Shown: piece by piece, positions 1 to 14,921 of the stretch
Layout: each line of letters starts with the position of its first letter
How positions within the stretch are numbered: the stretch's first letter is position 1
From: Eledone cirrhosa
Lineage: Eukaryota
Assembly: GCA_964016885.1 (NCBI GenBank)
Contig: OZ024747.1
Location: 18,724,001 to 18,788,000, forward strand
Reading direction: 5' to 3'
DNA: 64,000 nt
Position numbers and translations under genes: made by a program
The notes under the pieces: generated by a model
Databases searched by the model: none
Seen by the model: the letters and a program-made list of their open reading frames with translations, nothing else
What the model was told of the DNA's origin: nothing

Positions 1-463
1 TATTAATGATCGAACCTGACTCTGGAATCGGAAGCTCCTCAGATATGTTTTAACATGTAGACTCAGCTTCATACACACACACACACACACACACACACAT
101 CCATAAATATATATATATATCATGATTAACATCACCATTTTACATTTGCTTTTTCGTGCTTGCATGGGTCGGACATGATGGTGAGTCATGGCCTTTTTTG
201 GCAATATTTTTCTGGCTGAATGCCCTTCCTATCACTAATTACCTTTTCATGATAACAGCTCTAGAGAAATTGTCTGTCAGGACTTAAATGTTCTCTCCAC
301 CTAGAATCAATTCTTATTCAGAGTATCTACTCTCCTAGATCGATTGTCTTTCTCTATGGCTTATGGAGCCCATTTCTATTTTGTGCATGTGCAGTCTTAT
401 TTATTCCGAGCAAGCAACTGCCCTCCTTGATAGGTTGTCTTCACTATGACTTATGAAGCCCAC

Positions 464-506
<43 letters not shown>

Positions 507-1119
507 CACATAAACATCCAAAAGTAAATGTAAATACTCATATTCAATCGCAAAATGCAGTGAAAACATCTTTCAAAGCAAATCTAGGATATAGAGTGTA
601 ACCTAGATTAGAGGTGCTTTACAGCTGGAAGATGATGGATTGGGATTCAGAGATGAAAAAATGCTTGGTTTTGCAGATTATTAATAAATGAAGCATGAGA
701 TCCATATTGGTTCCTAGTATATGGTTGTTTTCTGGGCAGGATGTGTGTTTCAGTTTAATTATGTTTTTTTTTTCCTAAAAAGTACACCTATTCCACATTA
801 TATAAGTTTACCTGCTTCTCAAGATACATACCAATCTTGAAATGTTATAAATCTGATAATAGGTGTGCCTGTTCCTCGAGAATACATTCCAGCTCGTTAC
901 ATTCTCAGATCAAATCTGGCTAACTTCACTTCTCATCCTTTCAATGTCAATAAAATAAAGTACCAGTCACGTACTTAGATCAATTTAATCAACTTTTCTC
1001 TTCCCCTAAAAGTTCTGGTCTTGTACTTAAATTAGAAACCTTATAATCTGGTTTATCTGGGAATATTATTTAATCATCATCATCATCATCTTCGTTTAAC
1101 GTCCATCTTCCATGCTAGA

Positions 1120-1356
1120 TTTCCTGTTTTTTAAATATAAGTACCAGATCCCCAGGGAATGTTATATAATCTGACAATATATTTACCTGTTCCTCAGATA
1201 TAGGTACCAGATCCCCAGGGAATGTTATATAATCTGACAATATATTTACCTGTTCCTCAGATATAGGTACCAGATCTCCAGGGAATGGTATATAATCTGA
1301 CAATATGTTTACCTGTTCTTTAAATATTGGTACCAGATCACCAGGGAGTGTTATGT
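1120..1356. repeat. 63-bp minisatellite, about 3.7 copies
   Basis: GTACCAGATC recurs at 1141, 1204, 1267 and 1330. Confidence 0.9.
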
Positions 1357-1638
1357 AAACTGGCATCTTATCCAGAAGAAAATATTTGTCTATCATTTAT
1401 CTTATGCTAAGTAACTGGGGCCAAGAACCTTTTCTTTGAAGTCTATTGTGAACCCTGTTGTCAACAAGGCAAACTATAAGATGCAAAGTCTTTTTGTTTC
1501 ATATGAAAAGTAAGATAAATAGAGCATCTTTGTTCTGATGTTGGATAAATGAAGATGTTTCTATCATTTGAGAAATAAACGAAATTATATATTATTTTTA
1601 ATTGTAAATATTATTTTTAAAATCTTTTTTTATTTTAG

Positions 1639-1700
1639 GAAAATGGGGTTTTCATCGAAATGGTCATTGTCAAGCTGGAATGGCTGTATCTTTAACAAAG
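1639..1700 (+). CDS. Integrin alpha exon a ([20 protein letters not shown])
   Basis: ttttag acceptor, gtgagg donor; CQAG motif. Confidence 0.9.
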
Positions 1701-4625
1701 GTGAGGCAGTTCTCGCTTGTAAAAATATATCTTCGAAAACATAGGAAAGGCCTTAACCCTTTAGCATTTACATTACTCTATATATACTATTGTATTTTGT
1801 GGTAAAGGCATTATCTTACATATTTATCTCACATAATATCGAATCTACGAGATTTTGATGTCATTTATTTTGAGAACAATATCTTAACATCAGTATGAGT
1901 GGCTAGTTACAGTCAGCTTAAACAGAAAGGTGAGAGAATTCTGATTGTGTGGTGGACAAGGTTGAAAGGGTTGATGACGGACACTTTCCTCTCCGGCCAA
2001 TCCTTGATTAACTTTTTCAAGTTTCACTTGAAGAGGAAAATCAGGGTGGAGAGACAAGTGTTGTCTTTTAGTAAGTTTGTTGAAAGGTGGGTGAAAGTGG
2101 CGAGTCTGGTCCGAGTGAATGGGCCCGCTCTGAGTATGCGCCTGTAGACTGAGGAGTGGGAAAACTGAGAGAGGGTGCTTGCCCTGGTGGTCAGGGTAGC
2201 CATGGTCTTTTGTGTGGTTTTCGCTATGAGTGACCCTCAGAGGCTTCCCCCTTTTGGGGGAATTTTTGTTGTTTGAAATTTTGAAATTTGTTTTTACACG
2301 TTTCTGTCTTGTTATAACCTTTTTACACATCCAAAACCCACTTTGTATCGTCCTGTGCCGTCTGTAATGTTTTTCTTCATGTTAGCCCTTATGGCAATAA
2401 AGAAACCATTATTATTATTATTATAAAAAGGTGATGAATTGGCAGTATCGGTAGAGGGTCGGACGCCATGCTTTCCAGCATAGTTACGTCCCTTTACGAT
2501 CTGAGTTCAAATCCCGCCGAGGTCGACTTTGCCTTTCATCCTTACGGGGTCGATAAAATAAAGTACCAGTAATGCACTGGGTAATTGCTGGCCTTGTGTC
2601 TAAAGTAGAAACAATTATTATTATTATTATCATTCACATGTGTGAAGACGTAGAAGTCTGCGGGAGAAAAGGTTTGTAATTGAACAAGAGAAGTCCTGGG
2701 CCAAACTAACCATCCCGGACGAGGCAATAGCAGCCATGTAAAGGGAGGACGGTGTACTTTCGATGCATTTCAGTGCAGACACGCAAATTGGAACTTGCCA
2801 GCGAAGCAGAAGTTGAGGCTGCTTTAAAGTGCATCGGAAGTGACAAAGCAAGGGCCAAGCACTTTGGTACTGTTCAAAACCGAGGCCCTTGCGATTAAGC
2901 ACTCGGTGACCCCCTGCAGAACGGAACGCATTATCATGCACTCGTCCTACATGGGCAAAGGGAAAGTAAAGGTCCGCATTCCCAGGATCCCACCAGGAAT
3001 GAACATATGGTGGCTCCTGGGATGCATAATCAAGGAGGGGGACAGACACTACCCTCCTAGATATCAAAAAGACAGAGAGAGAAGACTGGTCCGGAATGGA
3101 TTTGGAGATTCTTCTCCAAATGAAACCAGAGGACATCAACAACATCCCGGATTTTTCCTGCCTGCAGGACGAGACAACATTCCAATTAATCGCCGAGGGA
3201 AGAAGGCCGCACGGCTTCGTCTGCAGGGAAGCAACGCATCTGCAAGCCTTCTGCCCTCAGCTCAAAAATGCAGGGGGTTGCAAACCTCCTGGATGTATTG
3301 ACTCTTGAGTCTTTACTGCGGAAGCTGGAGCTGTTGCAGGGCATCCCGCTCGAAATGGGACACAGAAAGGCTGTGTCGGCTTATGCGGACGACATCACCG
3401 TGATGGTGTCGGACACATCAGAAATCGAGGTGGTCGGTAACTTATTGGAGGAATATGAAAGGTTGACGGGAGCAAAACTTAATCCGGAAAAGTCAGTGGG
3501 CTTGCAACTCGGCACCTGAAGAGGCAAGTCCATGCCATCCAACAACGTTGTTGGGCGTTGGACGGATGGACCGGTAAAGTTGCTCGAGATTTGGTTCGAG
3601 CCAGACCTCCAGGTGGATAAGAATTGGGACAAGGTGACAGGCAGGGTAGCCAGTCTCACCCAGAAATGGACTGCGAGGAAGCGATCACTGAAAGGTCGGG
3701 CGGAGGTGGCGAACGCGTACATAGCGCCCATCATCTACTACCACCTGACTGTCGTCCCTTGCCCCCGTTCGCGCCTCGCCAACTTTGAACGGCTCCTCTT
3801 CAAATTCTTGTGGAGGGGGTCAGGTTCCGTTGGTGAGGCGGCCCATTGTCTGCCAGCACCCTCTACGTGGAGGGCTGGGCATGCCATGGCTAATGATGTG
3901 CAGGAAGTGCTGTCAGACGGACCTGCCCGAGATGCGCGCAGAGCAACAAAACCGTTCTGCATGCACTCGTTCAGTGTCAGTGTATTACTGACTTGTGGAG
4001 TTATGTCAAACAGCTGTTGTCGTATGTAGAACGGATCCGGCTATCGGCCGAGTCCATAGTGAAGATCGACCCGCCGCCTTCTTTTGGCCAGGAAGAGCAG
4101 GCAATTTTTCTCTGTCAGGTGGCAGTCGCGAAAGAGCTTGTATGGTGGGCGAGGTTGAAAGGACTGAAGACAGACATTTTTCTCTTCGGCCAATCCCACA
4201 TCAACTTTTTCAAGTTTTACTTGGAAAGGAAGTGTGAGGGTGGAGAGAGAAGTGCTGCCCCCTAGTACATTTGCTGAATGGTGGGTGAATAAGGTGAGAA
4301 TGGCCCATGTGAGTGGGCCTACGCTGATCATGCGCCTGTAGGTGGGTAAATTGAGGAGGAGAGGGGTGCTCTCGAAGCGTCGGGTCGTTCAGGATTACCT
4401 GAGTGAACCCTGGGTGGCCATCCTCACTATTGGGGAATTTTTCTTGTTACTTTGTTATTGTTATTTATATTGTTTACACGTATTTGTAAAACCCCACTGT
4501 CCCAGTCTTTTGTATTGTCCCCTATATGTCGGCCCTTGTGGCCAATAAATGAAATCATTATTATTATTTCTCTTTTTCTTTTCCTTTTTCTTTTTCTTCT
4601 TCTTCTTCTTCTTTTTCTTCTTCTT

Positions 4626-4656
<31 letters not shown>

Positions 4657-5004
4657 TGGTGTTAGATTAGCAGTATCGGTAGAGGGTCGGACACTATGCT
4701 TTGACACATAGAGTTACAACCCCTGCCATTCTGCGTTCAAATCCTGCCGAGGTTAACTTTGCCTTTCATCCTTACGGGGTCGATAAAATAAAGTACCAGT
4801 AATACACTGGGGTAATTGCTCGCCTTGTGCCAAAAGTAGAAACAATTATTATTATTAGCATTATTATTTCTCGTTTTCTTTTCCTTTTCCTTTTTCTTCT
4901 TTTTCTTCTTCTTCTTCACCCCCTCCTCATTTGCATAACTCAAAGTAATAATACTCTCAAGAAATGCAAAAACTTCACTTACTTCCATTTCCGCCTTACT
5001 GAAG

Positions 5005-5065
<61 letters not shown>

Positions 5066-8000
5066 GAGAGAGAGAAAGAGAGAAGCCTTGATGTCTATAT
5101 AAAGTAATCAATATCTATTTAATGCCAGGATGAAAAAATAACCAAAAAAAAACAACAAACAAACAAAGACTGAAAAATAAACCTTTTTCCTTAAGTTTAA
5201 ATATAAACCTCTACTAGATAGATCACTTTTTTATTAACTCTTATCTCTTTTTTACTTTATTATTGTTGTTGTATTGTAGTTGTTGTTGTTGTACTGTATT
5301 ATTTATTATTTTATATTTATTTATATTATTTCATTATAGTTTTATTTCTTGTTATCTGAATTTGAGTAATTAAATGAAGGCTCATCATTTCCTGCCATTA
5401 ATCTTTCTTTTATTTATTTCAACCTTATGCTAAATTTTCTTGGAACCCTTTCTTTCACTCACCTTTTCTTTCTCCCTCTCACACTTATTCTCTCTTCCTT
5501 CCCTTCTTTCTCTTCCTCCCTATCTCTCTTTCTCTACCTCCTTTTCTCTATCTCCTTTCACCCTGCCATCTCCACCATCATCACTACTGCTACAACTATT
5601 CCACCACTACCACTACCACTACTACTAGTACTATGACTACTACTACTACAACCTCCACCACACCTACCAACACCACCAGCACTGCTACTGCTGCTATTAC
5701 TACTAACACCTCAACCATTTCCACCACCACTACCACCACCACTACAACAACAACAACTGCAACTGCTAGAGATAACCACACTAATCTAGGGACCTGGCTA
5801 CCAATGAATTAACCCTTTCAATTTCTCAGCTGTTGGCAATATTTATTACAGTAGGGGGGTTCTAGAAGAAGAATTTTATAAGTTCAACTATGGCAAGGTG
5901 TGAAGAACTCAATGTAGTATTTCTCAACAGACAGGTACATGTTTTTCCTTGCTCCCTGCCTCCAGGTACATCTTGATGAATTTCTAATCTGGAATTTTGA
6001 TTATGGGAGGAATCATGGAAAAATTTAATTTCATAGAATATGTAAATTTTTGCTATTTCTAGCAGGTCGTTGAACATCTAAGGTAGCGAAATCACCTGAA
6101 ACCACACCTGAATCTATAATACACAATTATTTGTTTATATTTATCTGAACACCTTCTATCATAATTGTATGGCTCTTCCTGTCTTGTTAAGTAGCAAGTC
6201 TCTGCTGGTGACCTATTCTGGCCCCCCTGGGCAGTGAAGTAGCAGGCATGTGCTACTTACCTTTTGAGGAGGGGGGGGGGGGGGGCTCCCAGATTTGTGA
6301 AGTAGCAAAGCTTTACCAGTGATGTTTTTTGGCTACCTCTCAGACAACTGAAGTAGCAGGGACCTTTTCTGCCCCTCTCAGACAAATGAAGTTGTAGGAC
6401 TTTGATTATGACTGTTTTTGGTCCTTCCAGACTAATGAAGTAGAAGGCTATATCAGAGGACTTTTTCTGGCCCTCTATGACTAGTGATGTAGCAGGGCTC
6501 AGTTAGTGATCTTTTCTGACACTCCCAGACAAGTGATATAGCAGGCACTATCAGGGACCTTTTCTGGGACTTCTCAGGTAAGTAATAGAGCAGGGCTTTG
6601 CCAGTGGCCTTTTCCTCACAGTTTCTCTCAACCCAGTTTCTTCACAAGGACGGAAATACCCATGGTTCTGGTTGAAGATTCTGATTTATTTTACAGCTTG
6701 TTAAGATTGAACCCACAACCACATAATTGTGACATGAACTGTTAAAACCACACAACTAGTTTCTATATGAAATATATTTACATTTTTTTTTTTTTTTTGC
6801 TTCTTCAGAATGGTGTAAAGTTATTAATTGGTTCCCCTGGAAGTTACTATTGGCAAGGTAAGAACTAACACACTAGTGCTCTTTTAGGTGGGTTGTTGTT
6901 GTTAATGATGATGATATTATATTATTGGTCTTGTTTCTACTGCTGTTGTTATTGATGCTGTAGTGATGTATGTGTAGTGTATGTATTATGGTAGTAGTTA
7001 TGTATGTGGAGTGGTGTATGTGTAAATGTGGGTATATGTAGTTGTTTATATGTATATGTAGTGGTGTATGTGAAGGTGCATGACTTAGTGGTAAAGATGT
7101 TCAGCTCACGATCATAAGGCTATGAGTTTGATTCCTGTATGTGAAGTAGGTGTATCTGGAGTTATGTATTTGTTGTAGCATATGTGATTATACAAAATAA
7201 TGATTACACAAGTAAATATAATGTAGTTTTGCACCAATATAAATAGTCTTTACGGAAGAAATAAAGAAATGCTTGTGTGTGTGTATTTTATGTGTTTCAG
7301 ACTGCGGTCATGTTTGGACATCGCCTTATCGACCCCCAGTACTTGTTCTATTGTGAATACCTCCTCAGCTAGCTTGCATGCTAAGATGGCCATCAGGCAT
7401 GTCTCAAGTTAGATACATCACTATTTTCTTAAAGTTTCCTCCCTGAGTGAAATTTTGTTATCTTTGGATTTAGATTATATTTGAAAACTAATTTTTTTTT
7501 ACTTCTCATATGTTGTGTTGTTAAGAAGTTTGCTTCGCAGCCACATAGTTTCAGATTGTCTCAATTCACAGCACCACAGACAAGTGTCTTTTACTACAAC
7601 CTCGGACTGACCAATGCCTTGAGAGTCAATTAGGTGGACTGAAACTGTGCAGAAGCCAATTATATTATTTCACAAAGAAAATGGCAGTAAACTCCGAGGT
7701 TTCAGCTTTAACAAGTCTCTACAGACGGCAGCATATATATGTGTGTCTGTCTGTGCATCCTCATATTGACACCAATTAAAACAAGCTGTGACATTTATGT
7801 CTTACATAAATAATACATCTCACAGCTAATTGGTTCAACAAAGAAGAGCATTATATACCATACTTAAAAATAAAGTATGAGTTGGCATCAAAAAGGTCAT
7901 AGAAAACTCCCCTCAAAAAGTCTTGTCCAACCCATGCCACTAGATATAATAACATTGATGATGACAATGATGATTGTTGTTTTTAGCAAGAGAGATATCT

Positions 8001-8587
8001 TTAGGACATAATGTTGACATAATTCTTATGAGAGGATATCAAACCACACCCTGTAGTCCACATGTCAAAAGTTTCTTATCTCATCACCTTTATAAGTAAT
8101 GGTGGAGTGGAGGTCAGGTGGGACTGTATTCCTGTTCAGTTAAAGACAAGAAAGAAGTAAATGGTACTTTATATTCCAACAGGGAATCTTTAAAATATTC
8201 TAATATTGTCATAATTTCTTCCTGATGGTACTGATGTTTTTCTAACCAAAATTTTCTTCCTACATTATTTACTCTGTTTCGAGTTATTGCAGAAACAATA
8301 ACATCTCAAATATAATCTGGAATATTATGAAAATGGCTACAACAACAACAACAATAATGGTTTCTGATTTAAGCACAAGGCCAACAAGATTTTTTTTTGG
8401 GGGGGGGGGTGGGGAGTCGATTAAATTGACTCCAGTACATTACCGGTGCTTTATTTTATTGACTCCGTAAGGATGAAAGGCAAAATTAACCTCAGCGGGA
8501 TTTGAACTCAGAACGTAAAGGTGTCATAACTCAATGCTGCAAAAGCATGCTGGCTAACACTCTACCGATACTGCCAATCCACCACCC

Positions 8588-8624
<37 letters not shown>

Positions 8625-10824
8625 TTCTAATTTTTTTGGCACAAGGCCAGCAATTACCCAGTACATTACTGGTACTTTATTTTATCGACCCTGTAAGGAT
8701 GAAAGGCAAAGTTAACCTCGGCGGGATTTGAACTTAGACCGTAAAGGGACGTAACTATGCTGCAAAGCATGGTGTCCGACTCTCTACCGATACTGCCAAT
8801 CCACAATAATAATAAGTTACTGTGGAACTTCAATGGCCAATGTAATCATGGGGTTATATAAGGGAAGACCTGGTATTGTTATTGTTGAGTAAGACAAAAG
8901 TTTGTGCTGGATAATTGATGTAACATCACCAGGGGATAGATAAACAATATGTGGAAAGAAAGAAAGAAAAAAGTTGAACAGTATCAAAAGTTAGAGAAAG
9001 AATTTTATAGAATGTGGGTCACGAAAAAAGGGTTAGAATTATGCCCTGTACCTTGGGGACAGTAAGAATTAAAAAAAATGACATTGGAATTGAAATATGT
9101 ATAGAACTTCTTAAGAGAGCAATATTAGGACCAGCTCAGATTTGAGGAATGTCCTTGAAACATAAGGCCTCTCATATTCTTTCTTCTCTTAAATCATAAA
9201 TAATCAACATATGGTCAGTCAGAAACAGGAATAAGGAAAAAGACAATAATAATAGTTTCTAATTAAGGTTCAAGGCCAGCAATTTGGTGAGAAGAGGAAA
9301 GTCAGTTAAATTGATTAGTATTTTTCATCCTGGAGGAAAAGTTACGGCCCTTTATGGTCTGAGTTCAAATTCCGCCGAGGTTAACTTTACATTTCATCCT
9401 TACGGGGTTGATAAAATAAAGCACCAGTAACATACTGTGGTCGATTTAATTGACTTTCCCCTACCCCCAAATTACTGGCCTTGTGCCTAAATCAGAAAAT
9501 AATAATAATGGTTTCTAATTTAAGCCTAAAGCCAGCAATTTTAAGCGAAAGGAAAGTTGATTAAATCAACTCCAGTATTTTACTGGTTCTTTATTTTATT
9601 GACCTCAGAAGGATCAGAAGACAAAGTTGATCATGGCTCAGAATATAAATAGTGGAACAAATAGCATGAAAGTATTTCGTCAAACACTCTAATGATTCTG
9701 CAAAAAAAAAAAAAAATAATAATAATAATAATAATTGTTTCTACTTTAGGCACAAGGCCAGCAATTACGCAGTGCATTACTGGTATTTTATTTTATCGAC
9801 CCCGTAAGGATGAAAGGCAAAGTTAACCTCAATGGTTTTTGAAATAATAATAATAATAATAATAATATAAATAGGTCCTATGGTTCTAAGATTTTGTGGC
9901 TTATAAATAGACATCTCTTTTCCATTGCATCACAGTAACTTGAATTTCTGGTGTTGTATTTCTTTGTTTTTGTTGTTTTTTCTTCCTAACTTTCTACTCC
10001 ATCTGGTTCCAACATTATTTTGTCACAGACTAAATTCTTCTCCACTTGTTATTTAAATGAATTTTACACATGTAGGTTGTTTCTTTTAATTTGTCTTTAT
10101 TTTCGTTATTCCAGGATGTAGGTGGATTTGTGGGGAAGGGTCGGTCCAATGAGAGTCGGAGGGGAGGGAGGTAGAGATCTAAAAAAAATAGAAGCAAACA
10201 AAAAAAATGAAGTAACAAAACAAACAAAAAATTAGTTCTACATATGTAGTTTTATTTCTTTTTTGTTAATTTTTGTTTTATTGTTTCTGGATTTGGAAGT
10301 GGTGGAGATGAGATTTTTTTAGTTTTTTAATTTTTATTTTACATATTTATTTATTTAGTTTATATTTTTCTGCCAAGAAAAACACTGAACTACAAATTCT
10401 TGTTTTCAAGGGGTATTTCACATTTGCTGTTTACTTGAAAATTGTTATCAACATAGGCTTGTTTATATACAAAATATTGTGGCGCTAAGAGGCACAGTAA
10501 GGATTACCAGGCAGTTTTGCACATTTAAATGTTAAGATAAATAATCCTTGTACAACTTATTATTTCTGACTTTAAAAATGATTTACTATACTAGCTTAAT
10601 ACCTTTTAAAAGTTGTGATTGGCTTGAGGGAAGAAGAGAAACTAAGCAAAAAAAAATCAATTGGGTGTTAATGTTTTTCGTTGTAGTTTTTGATGTTGTC
10701 TTAACCTAAAATAGACAACTAATCTGTTCTGTGTAAAATACATCAGCATTATAGCATGAACATTTTCCATGTTTTGATGTGTGTGTATTTATAGATATAG
10801 ATATATATATATACATATACTCAA

Positions 10825-10857
<33 letters not shown>

Positions 10858-11424
10858 CACAAACATATATATATATATACATATACACAAACACACATAT
10901 ATATATATATATATATACACACACAAACACATATATATATATACATATACACAGACACATATATATATATATATATAATATATATATAGCATATAGACAA
11001 TATGCCCCCACACCCCCCACCGCAAGGTGGTCGTGGAGGTGCCACGGCAAAAAAGCACCCAGCCCACACTGTAAAGTGGACGGGTAGGCGCCACGAAAAA
11101 GCACCCAGCACTCACTGTAAATGAGGTTGGTGTTAGGAAGGGCATCCAGCTGTAGAAATCAAGCCAAATCAGTTCCTGTTTGAGCAAGGCATGGTCAGCC
11201 GACCAGACACTGCCCACAACAGGACAACCCGTCTAACCCATGCTAGCGTGGAAGAACGGATGTAAAACGGTGATGATGATGATGATGATGATGATATATG
11301 GAAAAAAATGAAATTTCATTTCTCACTCTTAGTACGGCTGATACTTAAATATAAGTATGTATACGTACATACATATATGTATACAGACGTACAGTAGTAT
11401 GTATATACATACATACATGTACAC

Positions 11425-11457
<33 letters not shown>

Positions 11458-13343
11458 GGTTTACTAAACATTTATTATAATGCTCGGTTTGTTTGTAAGC
11501 AAACAACCCGAATTAGTAGCCGTACAGTGTTCGGCAACCATCATTGCCCTTTTGTTCAACACTGACTAAGGAACGATGAAGTGGTGGTGGTGGTGGTGGA
11601 GGCGTCGGCTGCTGCTGCTGCTGCTGCTGCTTTGGTATTGTTGTTGTTGGTAACAGTAATGGTAGTGATGGTTAGGTTAGTGGTAATAGTAGTGTAGTTG
11701 CTGCTATTGTTGTCGCTGTTGTTGTTGTTATAGTTGTTAGTGTTTTTTGTAGTTTGCAATATGTTCTTGTTGTTGTTGTTGTTGGGGGAAAATGGTGCCA
11801 TCCATTACTTCTTTTGTCTTATGATTTCCAAGGTCAGTTACTATCAAATATGTTCATACAATAAGATCTACATTTAGTTTCCACATCCATTCTCTGGTTC
11901 TTGTTTTTTAAACCCCTTTCTTCCCTTATACTTCCTCTTCCATTTTTGCCAGTTTTTATCCATTCACACTAACCCTATTGCTCTTCTAAACCTAACCCTA
12001 CTTTCTTTTTCTCTATTCTTTCGTTTCCCCACCTCACTTTTCTTCTCCTCTTTACTCTCTCTTTCCCCCTCATTTCCCCTCTCTTTTTCTCTTTTCCCTT
12101 TTAACAAGGGGTTCGGGGGCATACCTCATTTACTCTTCTCTCATTTTCACAAAACTCTTTTTGTTTCTATTCTTTCTTCCTACTATCTCTCTCCTTTACC
12201 TTGCCCTTTTTTCACCATTCTTTCAATTCGCCTATGTTCTTTGTTTCCTTCTGTTCTACTTTTCCCCTGCTTTTCTTTTCCTTTCACTCTGCTTTTTCCC
12301 CACTACTTCCGTTTTCCCCACTGCGCTCCCTTTTCTCCAATCACCTTTATCCACTACTCTCCATTCACTTTGCTCTCCCTTACTCTCCTTTATCCCACTT
12401 TGGCACTTTGAGTATGTCTTCCACTATAGCATCAGGTTGACCAATACCTTGTGAGTGAATTTGTTGGGTAGAAACTGTAATAAAGCCAGGTGTGAGTGTG
12501 TGCTTCCCACCTCTCTCTGCATTTATCATTGCAGGCAGTAATATCGGCTTATGATCCACATAAACAGAGATTCTACTGCCCAGCATTTAAAGTTTTAAAT
12601 AATTAAAAGCTGGAGTCAAGGAAGTTACTCTACTGTACACTTATACTGCAAAAAGTTTTATCCAACACACTGCCAATGTGGAAAAATAAATGGATGATGA
12701 TGATATTTATATATCATTATGATCATCATTTGGTGGATTGGCAGTATCGGAAGAGGGTCGGACGCCATGATTTGACGCAAAGAGTTACGGCCCTTGCCAT
12801 TCTGAGTTCAAATCCCGCCGAGGTTAACTTTACCTTTCATCCTTACGGGGTCGATAAAATAAAGTACCAGTAATACACTGGGATAATTGCTGGCTTTGTG
12901 CCAAAAGTAGAAACAATTATGATCATCATTTTATGTCTATTTTTTCCTGTTTTCATGGATTGGACAGATCTTCTCCAGCACAGCATCCCTCTACCTACTG
13001 TGTTCCTTCATCTTCTCCTTTGTCAGATTTATAGAAATAAAATAGTTGAGTAGCTTTAAGATATTGGCCTACCAACTCATGGAAGATGACTTCAAATATG
13101 TAATTTTTAGGACAGGTTTTAGGACAGAGCACTTAATTCTACATTGCCTCAGTCCACTTGGCTGTTCAATATAGCAACCAGATTTTGTCAATCTGAATAT
13201 GTACCCATTGATAATCACTGTATTTGATGGGTTTATCTCATTACCAATCTCAGTTTCCTTCAAATGTATTCTGAGAATGTCAATATCTCCATATATAAAA
13301 TTATAAACATAGACGTTCTTATATATAAATAGATATAGATATT

Positions 13344-13377
<34 letters not shown>

Positions 13378-14742
13378 TGCATACATACGAACATACATAC
13401 ATTCATATATACATACATACATACATACATGTGAATAAATGTATTTATATGTTTATATTTATGAGTGTATATGTGCATGTGTGTTTGTATGTAAATGTCT
13501 TTCTAAACATGTGTGTATTTATAGAAATATATTTTGTGAAGTCCATCAACATTTTCAGACAGAAATAGTTATCTTAACTAAACATCAGTTGCTAAGAAAA
13601 TATTTCCTGGTGTTTATTTTAAATGATTCTTTATACACACTTGATAATGATTTTCTAATATTCTCCAAGGGTTTAAAAGCTGTAAAGTAGCATATGATGT
13701 TGCATTGAACCTTTGGTCATACATTACAAACCTCCATTTAATTTTTCATCAATATGAATTTGGGATTTGTCTCCCTTGCCTTTCTTGACAAAAATTGTCA
13801 TTAAGCAAATGTTTTCATTTTCTTTTCTTTAGGAGTTTAATTTCAATTGTTTAAAAATTATTTTTGGTTTACTACATTAAATATATTAGCTCCATCTCTT
13901 TCTGTTAAAACTGACTGTAACTGACTGTTTATACTGATATTAAGGTATTGTTCTCAAAATAAATGATATCAAAATCTCATAGATCCGATATTATGTGAGA
14001 TAATTATATGAAGTAAAGCCTTTACTGTGAAAATACAATAGTAAATGTAGAGTAATCATCATCATCATCATCGTTTAACGTCCATATTCCATGCTTGCAT
14101 GGGTTTGGACGGGAGTTTTCCCACTTGAGGCAAGAGTGGTTGTCTTGCTCGCATAGGACTGTCTGGCGGGTTTTCTACGGCTGGATGCCCTTCCTAACAC
14201 CAACCACATTTACAGTGTGGAACTGGGAGGTTTTTACCGTGTTACCTACACGGCCACATTACAGCATGGACTGTGTGTTTTTTTGTTGTGACACCTACAC
14301 GACCTCATTTGTTTCGGGCTGGATGTTGTGGTACCAACATAACTTTACATTGAAAGGGGTGGGGTGAATGGGGTGGGGGTAGTGGGGTGGGGGGTGTATT
14401 TTGTTAGAGGTGCCTACTGACTAGTAGTAATGTAAATGTTAAAGGGTTAAGACACTATTACTACAAACAACGATAAACAGGTATATAATATTATGCCTTC
14501 CCTGCTCACAAACAACATATAAGTAAAATCTTTACTGTCTAACAGATGCTACACTTCTCAATCTCAGACCATCTATATAGGTACAGGCATGGATGTGTGC
14601 TTAAGGAGTTTATTTCACAACCATTTTGTTCTGGGTTCTGTCCTGCTATCCAGCACCTTCTATAGCCTTCAGTTAACCAATGCAGAAGCTTGGTTTGTGT
14701 GTGTGCATGAGTACATGTATGTGTGTGTGTGCATGAGTGTGT

Positions 14743-14800
<58 letters not shown>

Positions 14801-14882
14801 AGTTCAATAGACACAACACATACAATAACACTCACACACATTTTGTGTGTGTGCATGAGTGCCTGTGGGTGTGTGTGTGCAC

Positions 14883-14921
<39 letters not shown>

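Noticed and set aside
1115-1396. ORF with a 21-aa repeat
   Set aside because: By-product of a 63-bp minisatellite; no domain or splice support.
2429-2520. tRNA genes at SINE heads
   Set aside because: A/B boxes only, no full cloverleaf, and always joined to a SINE body.
10706-11217. YI/CV/HT-repeat ORFs here and at about 13.3, 27.5, 37.2, 42.1 and 47.1 kb
   Set aside because: Dinucleotide microsatellite translations.
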